From IMG/VR virus record IMGVR_UViG_3300003972_000407, positions 1-48,733 of that record: 48,733 bases of DNA; one strand, given 5' to 3'. The notes beneath the pieces are model-generated. The model ran no database searches. It saw only the letters and a list, made by a program, of their open reading frames with translations, and was not told the origin of the DNA. The translations under genes were made by a program, and so were the position numbers. Numbering within the stretch: position 1 is the stretch's first letter; every line of letters starts with the position of its first letter. Shown here piece by piece: positions 9,164 through 17,827 of the stretch. Source of the DNA: a virus. Its lineage: Duplodnaviria; Caudoviricetes.

Positions 9164-9352
9164 CTACGTGCTCCTCTTGCGTCCCACGCGTTCGCGAACC
9201 GCCTGCCGTAGCCGTCGCCGGAGCCGTAGCCGGAGCCGGAGCCGTCGCCGTAGCCGCTGGCCGTAGCCGCTGCCGTAGCCGTAGCCGGAGCCGTAGCCGG
9301 AGCCGTAGCCGTCGCCGTGGATCTCGCCGCGCAAAATGCGCGGCTTGCTCAC
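9164..9352 (-). pseudogene. Gly-Tyr-Gly-Ser/Asp repeat ORF with a 1-nt frameshift
   Basis: Tandem ggctac/ggctcc/ggcgac hexamers at about 9205-9316; an extra C at about 9260 shifts the GYGSG frame. Confidence 0.55.
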
Positions 9353-9651
9353 GGGGACCATGGTGCGGCCTCCCAGCGCTCGACTGCCTGCGGCGTCACC
9401 TCGATCACCGCTGTGATCTTGCGCAACGTGATGTCCGCTGGCGGCCCGATGCGACAACCATCCGACGGGCCGATCGCTGCCAGACCCATGATGCCTCGCA
9501 TGTCGGCAGACCAGTACACACACAGCCGCGCGCGGCGCAGGTGGATCTGATCACCGTCGGTGTTCGACGCATACCCGAAGAACACGCCTCGGTACTCGGT
9601 CGTGACGATGACCGGGCGCTCGGTGTTGTTCTTATTCTTCGTCTTGTTCAT
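9349..9651 (-). CDS. conserved phage protein (DUF6948-like)
   Basis: RPVIVTTEYRGVFFGY...LRRARLCVYW...GLAAIGP. From recall, this family typically sits next to GYG-repeat ORFs. Confidence 0.65.
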   Translation of the reverse strand: MNKTKNKNNTERPVIVTTEYRGVFFGYASNTDGDQIHLRRARLCVYWSADMRGIMGLAAIGPSDGCRIGPPADITLRKITAVIEVTPQAVERWEAAPWSP

Positions 9652-9788
9652 GTTGCTCCCCGTCTTGTTGTTCTTCATGTTCGCGGCGCGCGTGGATCAG
9701 CTCGCGTTGCAGCGCGCGCGGACCCACTCGCTCAGTGTCTTGTCTTCGCGCTCGGCGGCTGCTCGCCAGCCGCCGCGACGGCCATTGC

Positions 9789-10172
9789 CTACTCGTCGCG
9801 CACGGGTTCGAGCTGGATCCCGGCACCCGTGCGAACCGCGCGCATGCGAGCGCCGGTCTCGTCGACGAGGATGTCGCCGACCTGATAGCCGGACACGCCC
9901 TCCTGTTGCCGCCAGTGGATGATCGGTTGCACCTTATATCCCACTGCACGGAGTCTCGCGATCACCTCGCGAGATGCACCGGAGACGATGCGACGCTCTC
10001 CACGCTCGTCGGAGTACGAGGCGCGCAACTCGGGACCGCTGCAATCAATCTCGCAGACGATACCTTCCGCGCGCAGGTCGAAGCCGACGTCGAGCGGGTG
10101 CAGGCGGACCGAGATCGACGTTACGTCGGCGGCCTGGTCAAACGGTTGGTCGATGAGTATGAGTCTTGCCAT
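9789..10172 (-). CDS. hypothetical protein
   Basis: AGGAG SD, MARLILIDQ. Confidence 0.6.
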   Translation of the reverse strand: MARLILIDQPFDQAADVTSISVRLHPLDVGFDLRAEGIVCEIDCSGPELRASYSDERGERRIVSGASREVIARLRAVGYKVQPIIHWRQQEGVSGYQVGDILVDETGARMRAVRTGAGIQLEPVRDE

Positions 10173-10185
10173 GTCGTCTCCTGTC

Positions 10186-10353
10186 TCACGTTGCCGTCGT
10201 CCCCATGACGACGGCTGTACAGCGAGCCTTCGCGTCACCCTCGATCGCTGCGTCGCATGCCTCGATCACGTCGGCGGACGCGGTAGCCGCGCGGATCTCG
10301 GCGATCTGCTCGTCACGGTCGCCGTCGTGGCGTAGCTTCTGCTCGTTGGTCAT
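10186..10353 (-). CDS. small protein, stand-alone version of the shared DEQI..C..ARC module
   Basis: DEQIAEIRAATASADVIEACDAAIEGDAKARC. Confidence 0.55.
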   Translation of the reverse strand: MTNEQKLRHDGDRDEQIAEIRAATASADVIEACDAAIEGDAKARCTAVVMGTTAT

Positions 10354-10613
10354 TTGATCGCTCCATCGATCTGCTTGGGAAGCAGACCAAGCTGCTCGGC
10401 GATCTTGCGCTGGCTGCTCTGGAAGGCGATCGAGAGGGCCTCGGCGAGCGAACGACCCGTGCCGCGGGCCAAGCCGTCGTCCGAGATGCACGTAACCTCG
10501 ACGAGCAGATCTCCTTCGGCGCTCGTCTTGAGCTGCGTGAAAATTGCCGTGATCCCGAGCTGCATGCGGGCGAGATCCAGCTCGGCGAGCGTAGTTTCAG
10601 GGGTGATGGTCAT
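10350..10613 (-). CDS. hypothetical protein
   Basis: ATGA overlaps at both ends. Confidence 0.65.
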   Translation of the reverse strand: MTITPETTLAELDLARMQLGITAIFTQLKTSAEGDLLVEVTCISDDGLARGTGRSLAEALSIAFQSSQRKIAEQLGLLPKQIDGAIK

Positions 10614-11092
10614 GGCACCCCCCAGAGGCCGACAGAGATCATTCCCGCTTCACGGTGACAACCGATGCTCGCGTCACCGTCGAGGTGCACGGCGAGCACG
10701 GGGAACGAGCAATCGGAGATCGGATAGCCGTCGTCGGCGTCGGTGACGCGCGCTTCTAGCACGTCGCCCGCGCGCACGTCGCGGATCGCGAGGACCTCCC
10801 ACCACTCGCCGCGGTAGAGCGCGGGGACGCCCGGGCTCGCGGGCTCGTAGTGAAGCTGTGACGCTTCGAGCACCGTCGTACGCCCAACCGTCTGCCCGTT
10901 GAGCCGGATCTCCATCTGGAGTTCCGGGAGCGAGCCGTCTTGATCCCACGCCGCGCCCGTGTCGCGCGTTGGCGGGATGTACGCGTCGATCGCGACGACC
11001 TCGAAGCTCGCAAAGCGTTGATGGGGGAGCTGCCCGTTGTCGTGCGCGGCGCACGCGCAGGACAGCAGAACGAAGAAGAAGATAGCCTTCAT
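10610..11092 (-). CDS. secreted/lipoprotein with C2-like domain
   Basis: Signal peptide MKAIFFFVLLSCAC; WDQDGSLPE...GRTTV...W...VTDADD pattern resembles bacterial C2-like domains. Confidence 0.55.
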   Translation of the reverse strand: MKAIFFFVLLSCACAAHDNGQLPHQRFASFEVVAIDAYIPPTRDTGAAWDQDGSLPELQMEIRLNGQTVGRTTVLEASQLHYEPASPGVPALYRGEWWEVLAIRDVRAGDVLEARVTDADDGYPISDCSFPVLAVHLDGDASIGCHREAGMISVGLWGVP

Positions 11093-11286
11093 CGCGTGGT
11101 TCCTTGTGGGTTGCAGTCGCGGCAGGTGCACTTGACACCGCGCGAGCGCGCGGCTTGTCCCTCGCCGTAGGCTTTCTTGGCGGCTTGGTACGAGATACGC
11201 GCCTCGACACAGAGGCGGGTGAATGCTGCGCGGTCACCGTGGTAACCCGCGTAACGGAGATGCTGGATCGCGTCGGCGCGCTTCAT
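11089..11286 (-). CDS. hypothetical protein with C-terminal CxCxxC
   Basis: AAAGGAG SD, MKRADAIQHL...KCTCRDC. Confidence 0.6.
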   Translation of the reverse strand: MKRADAIQHLRYAGYHGDRAAFTRLCVEARISYQAAKKAYGEGQAARSRGVKCTCRDCNPQGTTR

Positions 11287-11290
11287 GGGA

Positions 11291-11890
11291 CTAGGCGCTC
11301 CTTTCGTGCTCGGCGATCGCTTTCTCGACGAGCATCGAAACCGTGATCTCGTCGGCGAGCGCGGCAACGGCGCCGTTGACGATCTCGATGCCCCGACGGA
11401 TCTGCTCGAACAGCTCTTGGAAGATGGGATCGGTCGGCTCTTTGCTCTCGACGAGTGCCGACCGCTGCGGGATCGGCTCGCTGGCGAGTTGATGACCGTC
11501 CTCTTGGTACTCGGTCCAGAGCTTGAGCAAAAGCTCGCGCGAGAGGCGCCCGGAGTGGAGCAGCCAACGCCCGAAGGCGCTATCGATGTAGTGCTCGGTG
11601 AAGAACGCGTCATCTGACGCGGCGCACGGTTCGAGCGCTGCTTCTAGCGCCGCGTACTGCGCGGCGTTGGCCGGGCCCAGATACTCGTGCTGCCAACGGT
11701 GGCCGACCTTGACGATCTTGGTACAGAGGGACGTCGGTTCATCGTCGCGCTCTTTGTGAAGTAGCGGTTGCACGAGGAACTCGGTGCCCGCCTTCCAGAC
11801 CGGATGCGCGCGCCAGTCTTCCTTGACGCGGCGATCGGGCTTGGGGTTCTTGATATCGCGCGTGAGCTTGTAGGTCCCCGGTTTAAGCAC
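11291..11890 (-). CDS. hypothetical protein
   Basis: GTG start VLKPGTYKLTRDIKNPKPDRR. Confidence 0.65.
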   Translation of the reverse strand: MLKPGTYKLTRDIKNPKPDRRVKEDWRAHPVWKAGTEFLVQPLLHKERDDEPTSLCTKIVKVGHRWQHEYLGPANAAQYAALEAALEPCAASDDAFFTEHYIDSAFGRWLLHSGRLSRELLLKLWTEYQEDGHQLASEPIPQRSALVESKEPTDPIFQELFEQIRRGIEIVNGAVAALADEITVSMLVEKAIAEHERSA

Positions 11891-11892
11891 GG

Positions 11893-12348
11893 CTAGGCCC
11901 CCTTTCGATGGATGAGGCGGATCGCTTGCTGTACGGCGCTTACCGCCGAATCGCCGTACGCGAGGCGGTGATCGAGCGGCGCCGGGCAGAGGCGCGCGAT
12001 CTCGGTCGCCTCGTGCCACGTGCGCGGCGTCGCATCGAGGAGCTTCACCGCACCGGCCGGCGCGTAATAGATGCCGCCCGAGCCGTGCGGGTCGAAGGTC
12101 TCGACGGTCCAGCGCGGCGGCGCCGGATGCTCGATCCGGTAGCCGTCGCGATCGACGGTAGAACGAGTCTTGCGCGCGAGGGGCTTGCCGTCGCCGAGCG
12201 GCGCGACGCACACACGCGGATAGGGGTTGGCGGCGAGCACGAGGCAGTAAGCGTGCTCGGCGATGCTCGTGGCCGCTTCGGCAATCGTGCTCGGTGGTGC
12301 CGCCTCGATGCGCGCGATTCGTTGACGCTTGCGGGGGTTGGTGGTCAT
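11893..12348 (-). CDS. hypothetical protein
   Basis: Start at AAAGGCACACCTC-ATG; N-terminus MTTNPRKRQR shared with 17551-17742. Confidence 0.65.
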   Translation of the reverse strand: MTTNPRKRQRIARIEAAPPSTIAEAATSIAEHAYCLVLAANPYPRVCVAPLGDGKPLARKTRSTVDRDGYRIEHPAPPRWTVETFDPHGSGGIYYAPAGAVKLLDATPRTWHEATEIARLCPAPLDHRLAYGDSAVSAVQQAIRLIHRKGA

Positions 12349-12412
12349 GAGGTGTGCCTTTCGTGGTGAGCTGACTTGGCTCGTCAGTACGGGGAGAGTC
12401 ACTCCGCCGCAG

Positions 12413-12471
12413 AGCGCGCGCGTGAGGGTGCGAGGGCGTGGGTGGCTGACGGGACACCTCACGCGCGCGCT
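12413..12471. repeat. 15-bp inverted repeat (long hairpin)
   Basis: agcgcgcgcgtgagg (12413-12427) / cctcacgcgcgcgct (12457-12471), intergenic. Confidence 0.75.
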
Positions 12472-12478
12472 TTCGCCG

Positions 12479-12802
12479 CTAGTTCACCGTCGGATCGTCC
12501 CCCTGGGGCACACCCCAGCGATCCAGGGGGCGATCCTTCGACTGCGGCGGCGAAGCGTTGGCGCCCGATACGGGCTCGGTGTCCGCGGCGGCGGCGGCGG
12601 CGAGCGTGTCGACGATCTCGAACATCTCGGCTAGCTCGTGCGCGAGCCCGGCGACGCGGAGCGTGCGATCGTTGAGGGTCTCGCCCGGTTCGAGCGGCGC
12701 GCTCTTGAGGCGCAAGATCTCGGCGCTCGCCTTGCGCGCGTGATCGAGCGCGTGTCGGAAGAGCTGACCGGGGGAAAGCGAGGTGATGATGACGCGAGGC
12801 AT
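12479..12802 (-). CDS. hypothetical protein
   Basis: AAAGGAG SD, 107 aa. Confidence 0.6.
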   Translation of the reverse strand: MPRVIITSLSPGQLFRHALDHARKASAEILRLKSAPLEPGETLNDRTLRVAGLAHELAEMFEIVDTLAAAAAADTEPVSGANASPPQSKDRPLDRWGVPQGDDPTVN

Positions 12803-12903
12803 GGGATGCTCCTTTGCTGGGGGCTGCGACCGTGGGCTAGGACGGCGCCGCGCTCGGTCGGCGTCGTCGCGGCCCGCGCTCGCGGCGCGGGGTGATCAGT
12901 CGG

Positions 12904-13245
12904 CTAGTGGCCGCCGTGCCAGGTCTTTCCTCCGTCGTGGCTATGGTGGCCGGCGACGATTGCTCGTTGGTTGACCTTGCGGCCCGTCACCGACTCGGCT
13001 CGGGCGACGGCTTGGCGGAGCGCCCAAGAGTTGCGGAACGTCAGCAACCGATAGGCGCACACGTCGGAGAGGTCGCTCCGGTCCTCGGGCTTCCATCCGG
13101 TGAAGGCGATCGAGCCCGTCGGGCCGATCGTCACCTTCACCTGGTTCCCCTGAAGGGCCCGTTCGAGCCGCTGGAGCGCTTGATCGATCTGCCGACCGCG
13201 CTCCTCCAGGGTCTGGCCGGGGGCTAGGCGCGTGTCGCAGGGCAT
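12904..13245 (-). CDS. hypothetical protein of AAA module (weak DUF2997-like)
   Basis: TAATG overlap with upstream gene; VKVTIGPTG..C pattern; His-rich C-terminus HHSHDGGKTWHGGH. Confidence 0.65.
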   Translation of the reverse strand: MPCDTRLAPGQTLEERGRQIDQALQRLERALQGNQVKVTIGPTGSIAFTGWKPEDRSDLSDVCAYRLLTFRNSWALRQAVARAESVTGRKVNQRAIVAGHHSHDGGKTWHGGH

Positions 13246-14153
13246 TAGGCCAACTCCATCATGGGGACGCTGGCAGCCTTCGCGGCGACGGCGATCGTGT
13301 CGGTGTCGTCCGACAGATCAAGCGCGGGCTTGGTCGGCGCGGGTGCCTTGCTCTGCTCTTCGGGCTCGACGTCCGACAGATCGAGATCGGCGAACCGCTG
13401 GGCCTCCACGACGGGCATCGCCTCGCCCGCGTCGGCGGGCTTGCTCTCACCGCTGAGATCGAGGAACGCGATCCGCGCGCTCTGGATCTGCCCGCGTTGG
13501 ATGTCCGCGAGCACGATCGCCTTGTCCTCGCCCTCTTTCTCGATCCGTTTGACGATCATCCGCGCGGCCTTGCGCGCTTGCTCGATCGCACCTTCCACTT
13601 TGCCTTTGAGGGAGTCGTCGAGCATGGCCGCCATCTCGCGAGCACGATCGGCGGCCTGACGGATCGCCTTGGCGTCGAGCGCCGCGATGCCCTGATCCAT
13701 CTGCTCCACGAGCTGAGCGATCTCGGCGGTGATCGCACGCGCCGCCTCTTCGTCGTTGCTGGCCACGCGGCCTTTAAGCACATACAGGTGTACCTGCGTG
13801 TGTGCGGCCTTCGCGTTGTGCTCTTCGACGAGAAGACGGGCGGCCTTGATCGCGGCGTCGAGCGCGGGCTCGCGGTCGGCCGGGCAGAGGAGCCCAAACG
13901 TGGTCTCCTGGCACTCGCGGCGGATCAAGCTCGCGGCCTTGCTGCGGACCTTGGTCGCGGCCTCGTACTCGCCCTTGTCCTCGATGATCCGCGTAGTCTC
14001 CCAGCGGGCGACGTGAACGCCCTCTGCGTCGGCGGGAATCGGGACGCCCGCCGCGTCGAGATCGACGCGCTGATAGGTGACGCCGCCGTGTACGCGGGTC
14101 GTGAGGTTGACGAGCAGACCGGGACGGATCAGAGCGGACTTGATAGCGGACAT
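13245..14153 (-). CDS. helical hypothetical protein of AAA module (possibly DUF3150-like)
   Basis: 302 aa, helical; directly downstream of the AAA ATPase; contains RFADLDL, similar to the ATPase C-terminus RALDL. Confidence 0.7.
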   Translation of the reverse strand: MSAIKSALIRPGLLVNLTTRVHGGVTYQRVDLDAAGVPIPADAEGVHVARWETTRIIEDKGEYEAATKVRSKAASLIRRECQETTFGLLCPADREPALDAAIKAARLLVEEHNAKAAHTQVHLYVLKGRVASNDEEAARAITAEIAQLVEQMDQGIAALDAKAIRQAADRAREMAAMLDDSLKGKVEGAIEQARKAARMIVKRIEKEGEDKAIVLADIQRGQIQSARIAFLDLSGESKPADAGEAMPVVEAQRFADLDLSDVEPEEQSKAPAPTKPALDLSDDTDTIAVAAKAASVPMMELA

Positions 14154-14208
14154 GGGGTGTGCCTTTCGTGAGGGGGTTCGGGGAAGGTTCGGGGAAGGGT
14201 CTGACAGA

Positions 14209-15744
14209 TCAGAGATCGAGCGCGCGGACGTTGCGCGAGGCGGTTTCCTCGGGCGTCGAGGCCGGCCGCGCGCGGCCCTTCGCCCACTCGCGGAGCGCGC
14301 CGAGACGCTCGGCCGCGGTCTTGGAGAGAGGCGTCACCGTCGACGCGGCGGCCTTCAGATCCTCCGTGGTGAGCGCGCGCTCGCCGTCCGCGAACGCGGC
14401 GAACAGTGCATCGGGGACGAGCGCGGCGATCTCGGAGCCAGTGAAACCATCGGTGGCCGCCGCGAGCGCGTCGAGGTCGATCCCTTCAGTGCTGCGCCCG
14501 TACTGCTTGAGCGTCGCCGCGAGGATCGCCGCGCGCTCGCGAGATGTCGGCAGGTCGACCCAAAACAACTCGTCGAAGCGTCCTTTACGGAGTAGCTCCG
14601 GGGGCAGGTTTGATACGTCGTTGCTCGTCGCGATGACGAACACCGAGCCTTGCCTCTCCTGCATCCACGAGAGGATCACGCCGAGTGCGTCGGCGGCCAC
14701 GCCGCCATCGCCCGCCGCACCCGTCGCGCCCGCGAGCGCCTTTTCGATCTCGTCGAGCCAGAGGACGCACGGGCTCACCGCTTCAGCCACGGCGAGCGCC
14801 TTACGGATGTTGGTCTCGGACTCGCCAACGTACTTGGAGCGCAGCGCGCCCATGTCGAGGCGCAGGAGGGGCATTTGCCATGCTGCGCTGATCGCCTTGG
14901 CGGTGAGCGACTTCCCGCAACCGGGGACGCCGACGAGTAGGGCGCCCTTGGGGGCAGGCAACCCGAATTCACGAGCGCGCGGACTGAACGCGGCGCGACG
15001 CTGCGTCAACCACGCCTTGAGCAAGTCGAGGCCGCCGATCGCGTCGAGGCCGCGAGGATCCGGGTCGTGCCACGTCAAGACGCGCTCGCGCGCGATGACC
15101 CGGCGCTTTTCGTTCGCGACGAGCGCGGGGTCAATCTTGCGCGTCGACACGAGCGAGCGCGCGTAGCAGTTGGCGATCTCCTCTGCGGTGAGGCCGACGG
15201 CGGAATCGATCGCCGCGTCGCGGCGCCCGTTCGGCGCGGCGCTCGCGCGTAGCTCCTCGGGGAGCGCGGCGATCACGTCGTCGAGGATCTGTGCAACCTC
15301 CTTGCGATCGGGAAGCGGGTACTCGATCACCGTGGCGCTCGCCAGCTCGGGCGGGACCTCCGCGCTCGGCGTGAGGACGACGATCGCGCGCGCCGAGCGC
15401 GGCTCGACGGTTTGCAGCGTGCGCGCGAGTGAGCGCAGCTTGCGCAAGGTCATCGGGTCAAGCCACTTGTGCAGATCCCGAAGGACGTACACTGCACGTT
15501 CGGTGCGGCGGCCGATCGTGTCGAGGAGCGAGATCGGATCCTGGAGCGTGCCATCGATAGGGTTGGCCAACTCGTCGGTGAGGCCGGTTGCGCAGTCCCA
15601 GAACCGCACCGGGAACTTTGCCGCGCCGCACGCTTCGACGAGCGCGCGCTCCACGCGCACTTCCTCTCGCGACGTGATCCAGAGAAGCGTATGGCGAGCC
15701 TTGAGGAGCGCCGTGATATCGGCGTTGACTTGCTGAGCGTTCAT
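14209..15744 (-). CDS. Ycf46-like AAA+ ATPase
   Basis: Degenerate N-terminal AAA domain; Walker A GVPGCGKS, Walker B LWLDEIEK, SRH ATSN..LPPELLRKGRFDE; C-terminal LREWAKGRARPAS typical of Ycf46. Confidence 0.9.
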   Translation of the reverse strand: MNAQQVNADITALLKARHTLLWITSREEVRVERALVEACGAAKFPVRFWDCATGLTDELANPIDGTLQDPISLLDTIGRRTERAVYVLRDLHKWLDPMTLRKLRSLARTLQTVEPRSARAIVVLTPSAEVPPELASATVIEYPLPDRKEVAQILDDVIAALPEELRASAAPNGRRDAAIDSAVGLTAEEIANCYARSLVSTRKIDPALVANEKRRVIARERVLTWHDPDPRGLDAIGGLDLLKAWLTQRRAAFSPRAREFGLPAPKGALLVGVPGCGKSLTAKAISAAWQMPLLRLDMGALRSKYVGESETNIRKALAVAEAVSPCVLWLDEIEKALAGATGAAGDGGVAADALGVILSWMQERQGSVFVIATSNDVSNLPPELLRKGRFDELFWVDLPTSRERAAILAATLKQYGRSTEGIDLDALAAATDGFTGSEIAALVPDALFAAFADGERALTTEDLKAAASTVTPLSKTAAERLGALREWAKGRARPASTPEETASRNVRALDL

Positions 15745-15784
15745 GGGGTGTGCCTTTGGGTGAGGGTTAGCGGGGGAAGGGAGG

Positions 15785-16609
15785 CTAGAAGCTGGCGCGG
15801 TCGGCTTGCTCGTGGTCGGCCTGACCGAAATCCCAGGCCGACGCGCCCAGCTCGCGCGCCTTTTCGACGATCGCGGCGTGTTTGCTGCCGCTGGCGTGCG
15901 TCCAGCTCACCCACTGCCACCGGCCATCGATCAGGAACGGCGCTCGCGTGCGCCACATGGCGCGCTGCGCGCGCGGCGCGGATCCGTCGGCGCCGTCGGA
16001 CTCGGGCTCGGGCGTCACCTCGGGCTCGGGCGCAGAATCGCCACCGAGCGCGGGGGTGTCGCCCGCGGTCGCCGCCGCGAGCGCACGGCGACGCGGGCCC
16101 CAGGTCTCCCACGCGAGCGAGGCGAGACCGACGGTGAGGCCGACGAGCACGACGCCGCCCGGACCGATCGGCGCGTCGTCGTGCCCCGCGTGGCCGGGGT
16201 GCGCGAGCGCGAGTGCCGGGGACGACGCGACGGCAACGACGACCGCGCGAACCGCGCGGCGGAGGGAGGCGCGCGCCGTGCGGGCGGCCTTGAGCGAGGC
16301 GCGCTTGGCCGCGGCGGCGAGCGTCGCGCGGCGCAGGGACTCGGCGCGGCGCAGGGCGCGGGCGAACGCGAGGCCGACGGCGGCCAGCGCGCGGAATGCG
16401 CCGCGGGCCAGGTTGCGACGCGTGCGCGGCGCCGGCAGGGTTACGCCATTGCGCGCGGCGGCGAGGCGACGCGCCACGCGATCGGACTCGGCGGCGAGTC
16501 GCTGGGCTTCCTCGACGGTCGCCGCGCGCTCCTCGCGCGCCGTGGCGCGGAGGTACTCGCGTTCGAGGCGACGGACCAGACGGAGATCAGCGAAAGGGAA
16601 GGGGTGCAT
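15785..16609 (-). CDS. Ala/Arg-rich protein with possible TM segment
   Basis: Start at AAAGGCACAC motif; AHPGH..GGVVLVGLTVGLASLAW hydrophobic stretch. Confidence 0.55.
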   Translation of the reverse strand: MHPFPFADLRLVRRLEREYLRATAREERAATVEEAQRLAAESDRVARRLAAARNGVTLPAPRTRRNLARGAFRALAAVGLAFARALRRAESLRRATLAAAAKRASLKAARTARASLRRAVRAVVVAVASSPALALAHPGHAGHDDAPIGPGGVVLVGLTVGLASLAWETWGPRRRALAAATAGDTPALGGDSAPEPEVTPEPESDGADGSAPRAQRAMWRTRAPFLIDGRWQWVSWTHASGSKHAAIVEKARELGASAWDFGQADHEQADRASF

Positions 16610-16660
16610 GGGGGTGTGCCTTTCGTGGTGAGTTAGCTCGCCAGAGAGTGGGGTCGGCCA

Positions 16661-17176
16661 TCAGTCCGCTTGCGCCCGCGCGTCGGCGATCACGCGGGCG
16701 CACTCCGCGCGGGCCCGCGTGGCGGCGTCGGGGTGCTCGGGGACGATGCCCTCCAGTCGGTCCACGAGCCAGTGCAGATAGTCGCGGAGCACCTGGCGTG
16801 CGGCGGCGCTGACGGTGCCGTAGGCGGCATAGGCGGCGTTGGAGGCGGCATAGACGGCGGCGTCGGCGGCGGCGTCGGTGGCAGCGTAGGTGGCGGCACG
16901 CTGCGCGGCGTCGATGGCGGCTGCGGCGTCGGCGGCAGCGGCATCCGTGATCCGGTGCCGAACGTCTTGCGCCACGTCGCAGCACCAGAGCACGAGCTGC
17001 CTGCGATCAGCCCGAGCGAGCAGCCTAATCAACGGCCAGCGGGCATCCCATGGATCGACGCGCTTGAGGATCTCACGAGCCGTGATCCCCTCGGGCGGGA
17101 CCTCACGACGGATCCGGTCGTGCCAAGCGGAGCACGACACAGCGATCAATTCCTCGGCGGTGTAGCGTTTGGACAT
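16661..17176 (-). CDS. Ala-rich hypothetical protein ending in the shared RARAEC module
   Basis: AGGAGG SD after repeat copy 4; poly-Ala/Tyr repeats; ends RARAECARVIADARAQAD. Confidence 0.65.
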   Translation of the reverse strand: MSKRYTAEELIAVSCSAWHDRIRREVPPEGITAREILKRVDPWDARWPLIRLLARADRRQLVLWCCDVAQDVRHRITDAAAADAAAAIDAAQRAATYAATDAAADAAVYAASNAAYAAYGTVSAAARQVLRDYLHWLVDRLEGIVPEHPDAATRARAECARVIADARAQAD

Positions 17177-17226
17177 AGGTGACCTCCTAATCGGCGCGGT
17201 CAAGTTGCCGTCGCCACCGTGGCGAC

Positions 17227-17280
17227 GTGGTGCGCTGTCGAGGTCTGCGCCCCCGTGGCCCGGCTCGACGGGCTCAGCGC
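17227..17280 (-). repeat. 54-bp conserved intergenic repeat, copy 4
   Basis: Identical core. Confidence 0.95.
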
Positions 17281-17329
17281 GTGGTGTCTCGTACTCGGAT
17301 CTCGTACTCGGCCAGAGGATCAGCGCCCC

Positions 17330-17554
17330 CTACCAGGCATCAGGTGTGGGGTGAGCGAGAAGGTATCGGTAGAGTGCCTCGCGGCCGAATTTGGCGGCAG
17401 CCGGCGGATAGCTCGGCACGTGGCCGAGCAACACGGTCTGACCATCGCTGGCCTGACCGAGCACTTCGTCACCGACGATCACCACGTGACCGGCAGCGAT
17501 GAGTGTGTTGAGGATCGTCAGCGCCCGATCAGCGAGCGCCTTGGTTAGCTTCAC
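17330..17554 (-). CDS. hypothetical protein
   Basis: GGAGG SD, GTGA overlap, VKLTKALADRALTILN... Confidence 0.6.
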   Translation of the reverse strand: MKLTKALADRALTILNTLIAAGHVVIVGDEVLGQASDGQTVLLGHVPSYPPAAAKFGREALYRYLLAHPTPDAW

Positions 17555-17742
17555 GCCGACCTCCGGGCGTTGAGTTCCTCGGCGCAGCGACGGCGCGCGT
17601 CTTGGCGGGTCCGCTCCGTAACGAACCTCGTTTCTAACGCGACCCGCGCGTAGAAGTTGCCCTCGCGACGGAGGGCGAGAAGCTCGTGTTCCGAGATGGT
17701 CTCGGCCGTGATTACGCGTTGACGCTTGCGGTTGGTGGTCAT
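17551..17742 (-). CDS. small hypothetical protein
   Basis: Start at AAAGGCACAC motif after repeat copy 5. Confidence 0.65.
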   Translation of the reverse strand: MTTNRKRQRVITAETISEHELLALRREGNFYARVALETRFVTERTRQDARRRCAEELNARRSA

Positions 17743-17773
17743 GGAGTGTGCCTTTCTTGCCGCTCGTGGCGGC

Positions 17774-17827
17774 GCGGTGCGCTGTCGGGGTCTGCGCCCC
17801 CGTGGCCCGGCTCGACGGGCTCAGCGC
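17774..17827 (-). repeat. 54-bp conserved intergenic repeat, copy 5
   Basis: Two substitutions relative to the core; abuts the stop codon of the upstream ORF. Confidence 0.93.

Noticed and set aside
12358-12390. Hammerhead-like CTGACGA...GAAA on the minus strand
   Set aside because: No stem II can form between the two core segments.
14209-15744. AAA ATPase as the genome-packaging motor
   Set aside because: Motifs are classical AAA (Ycf46-like), not FtsK/HerA or terminase, and it lies in the early region.
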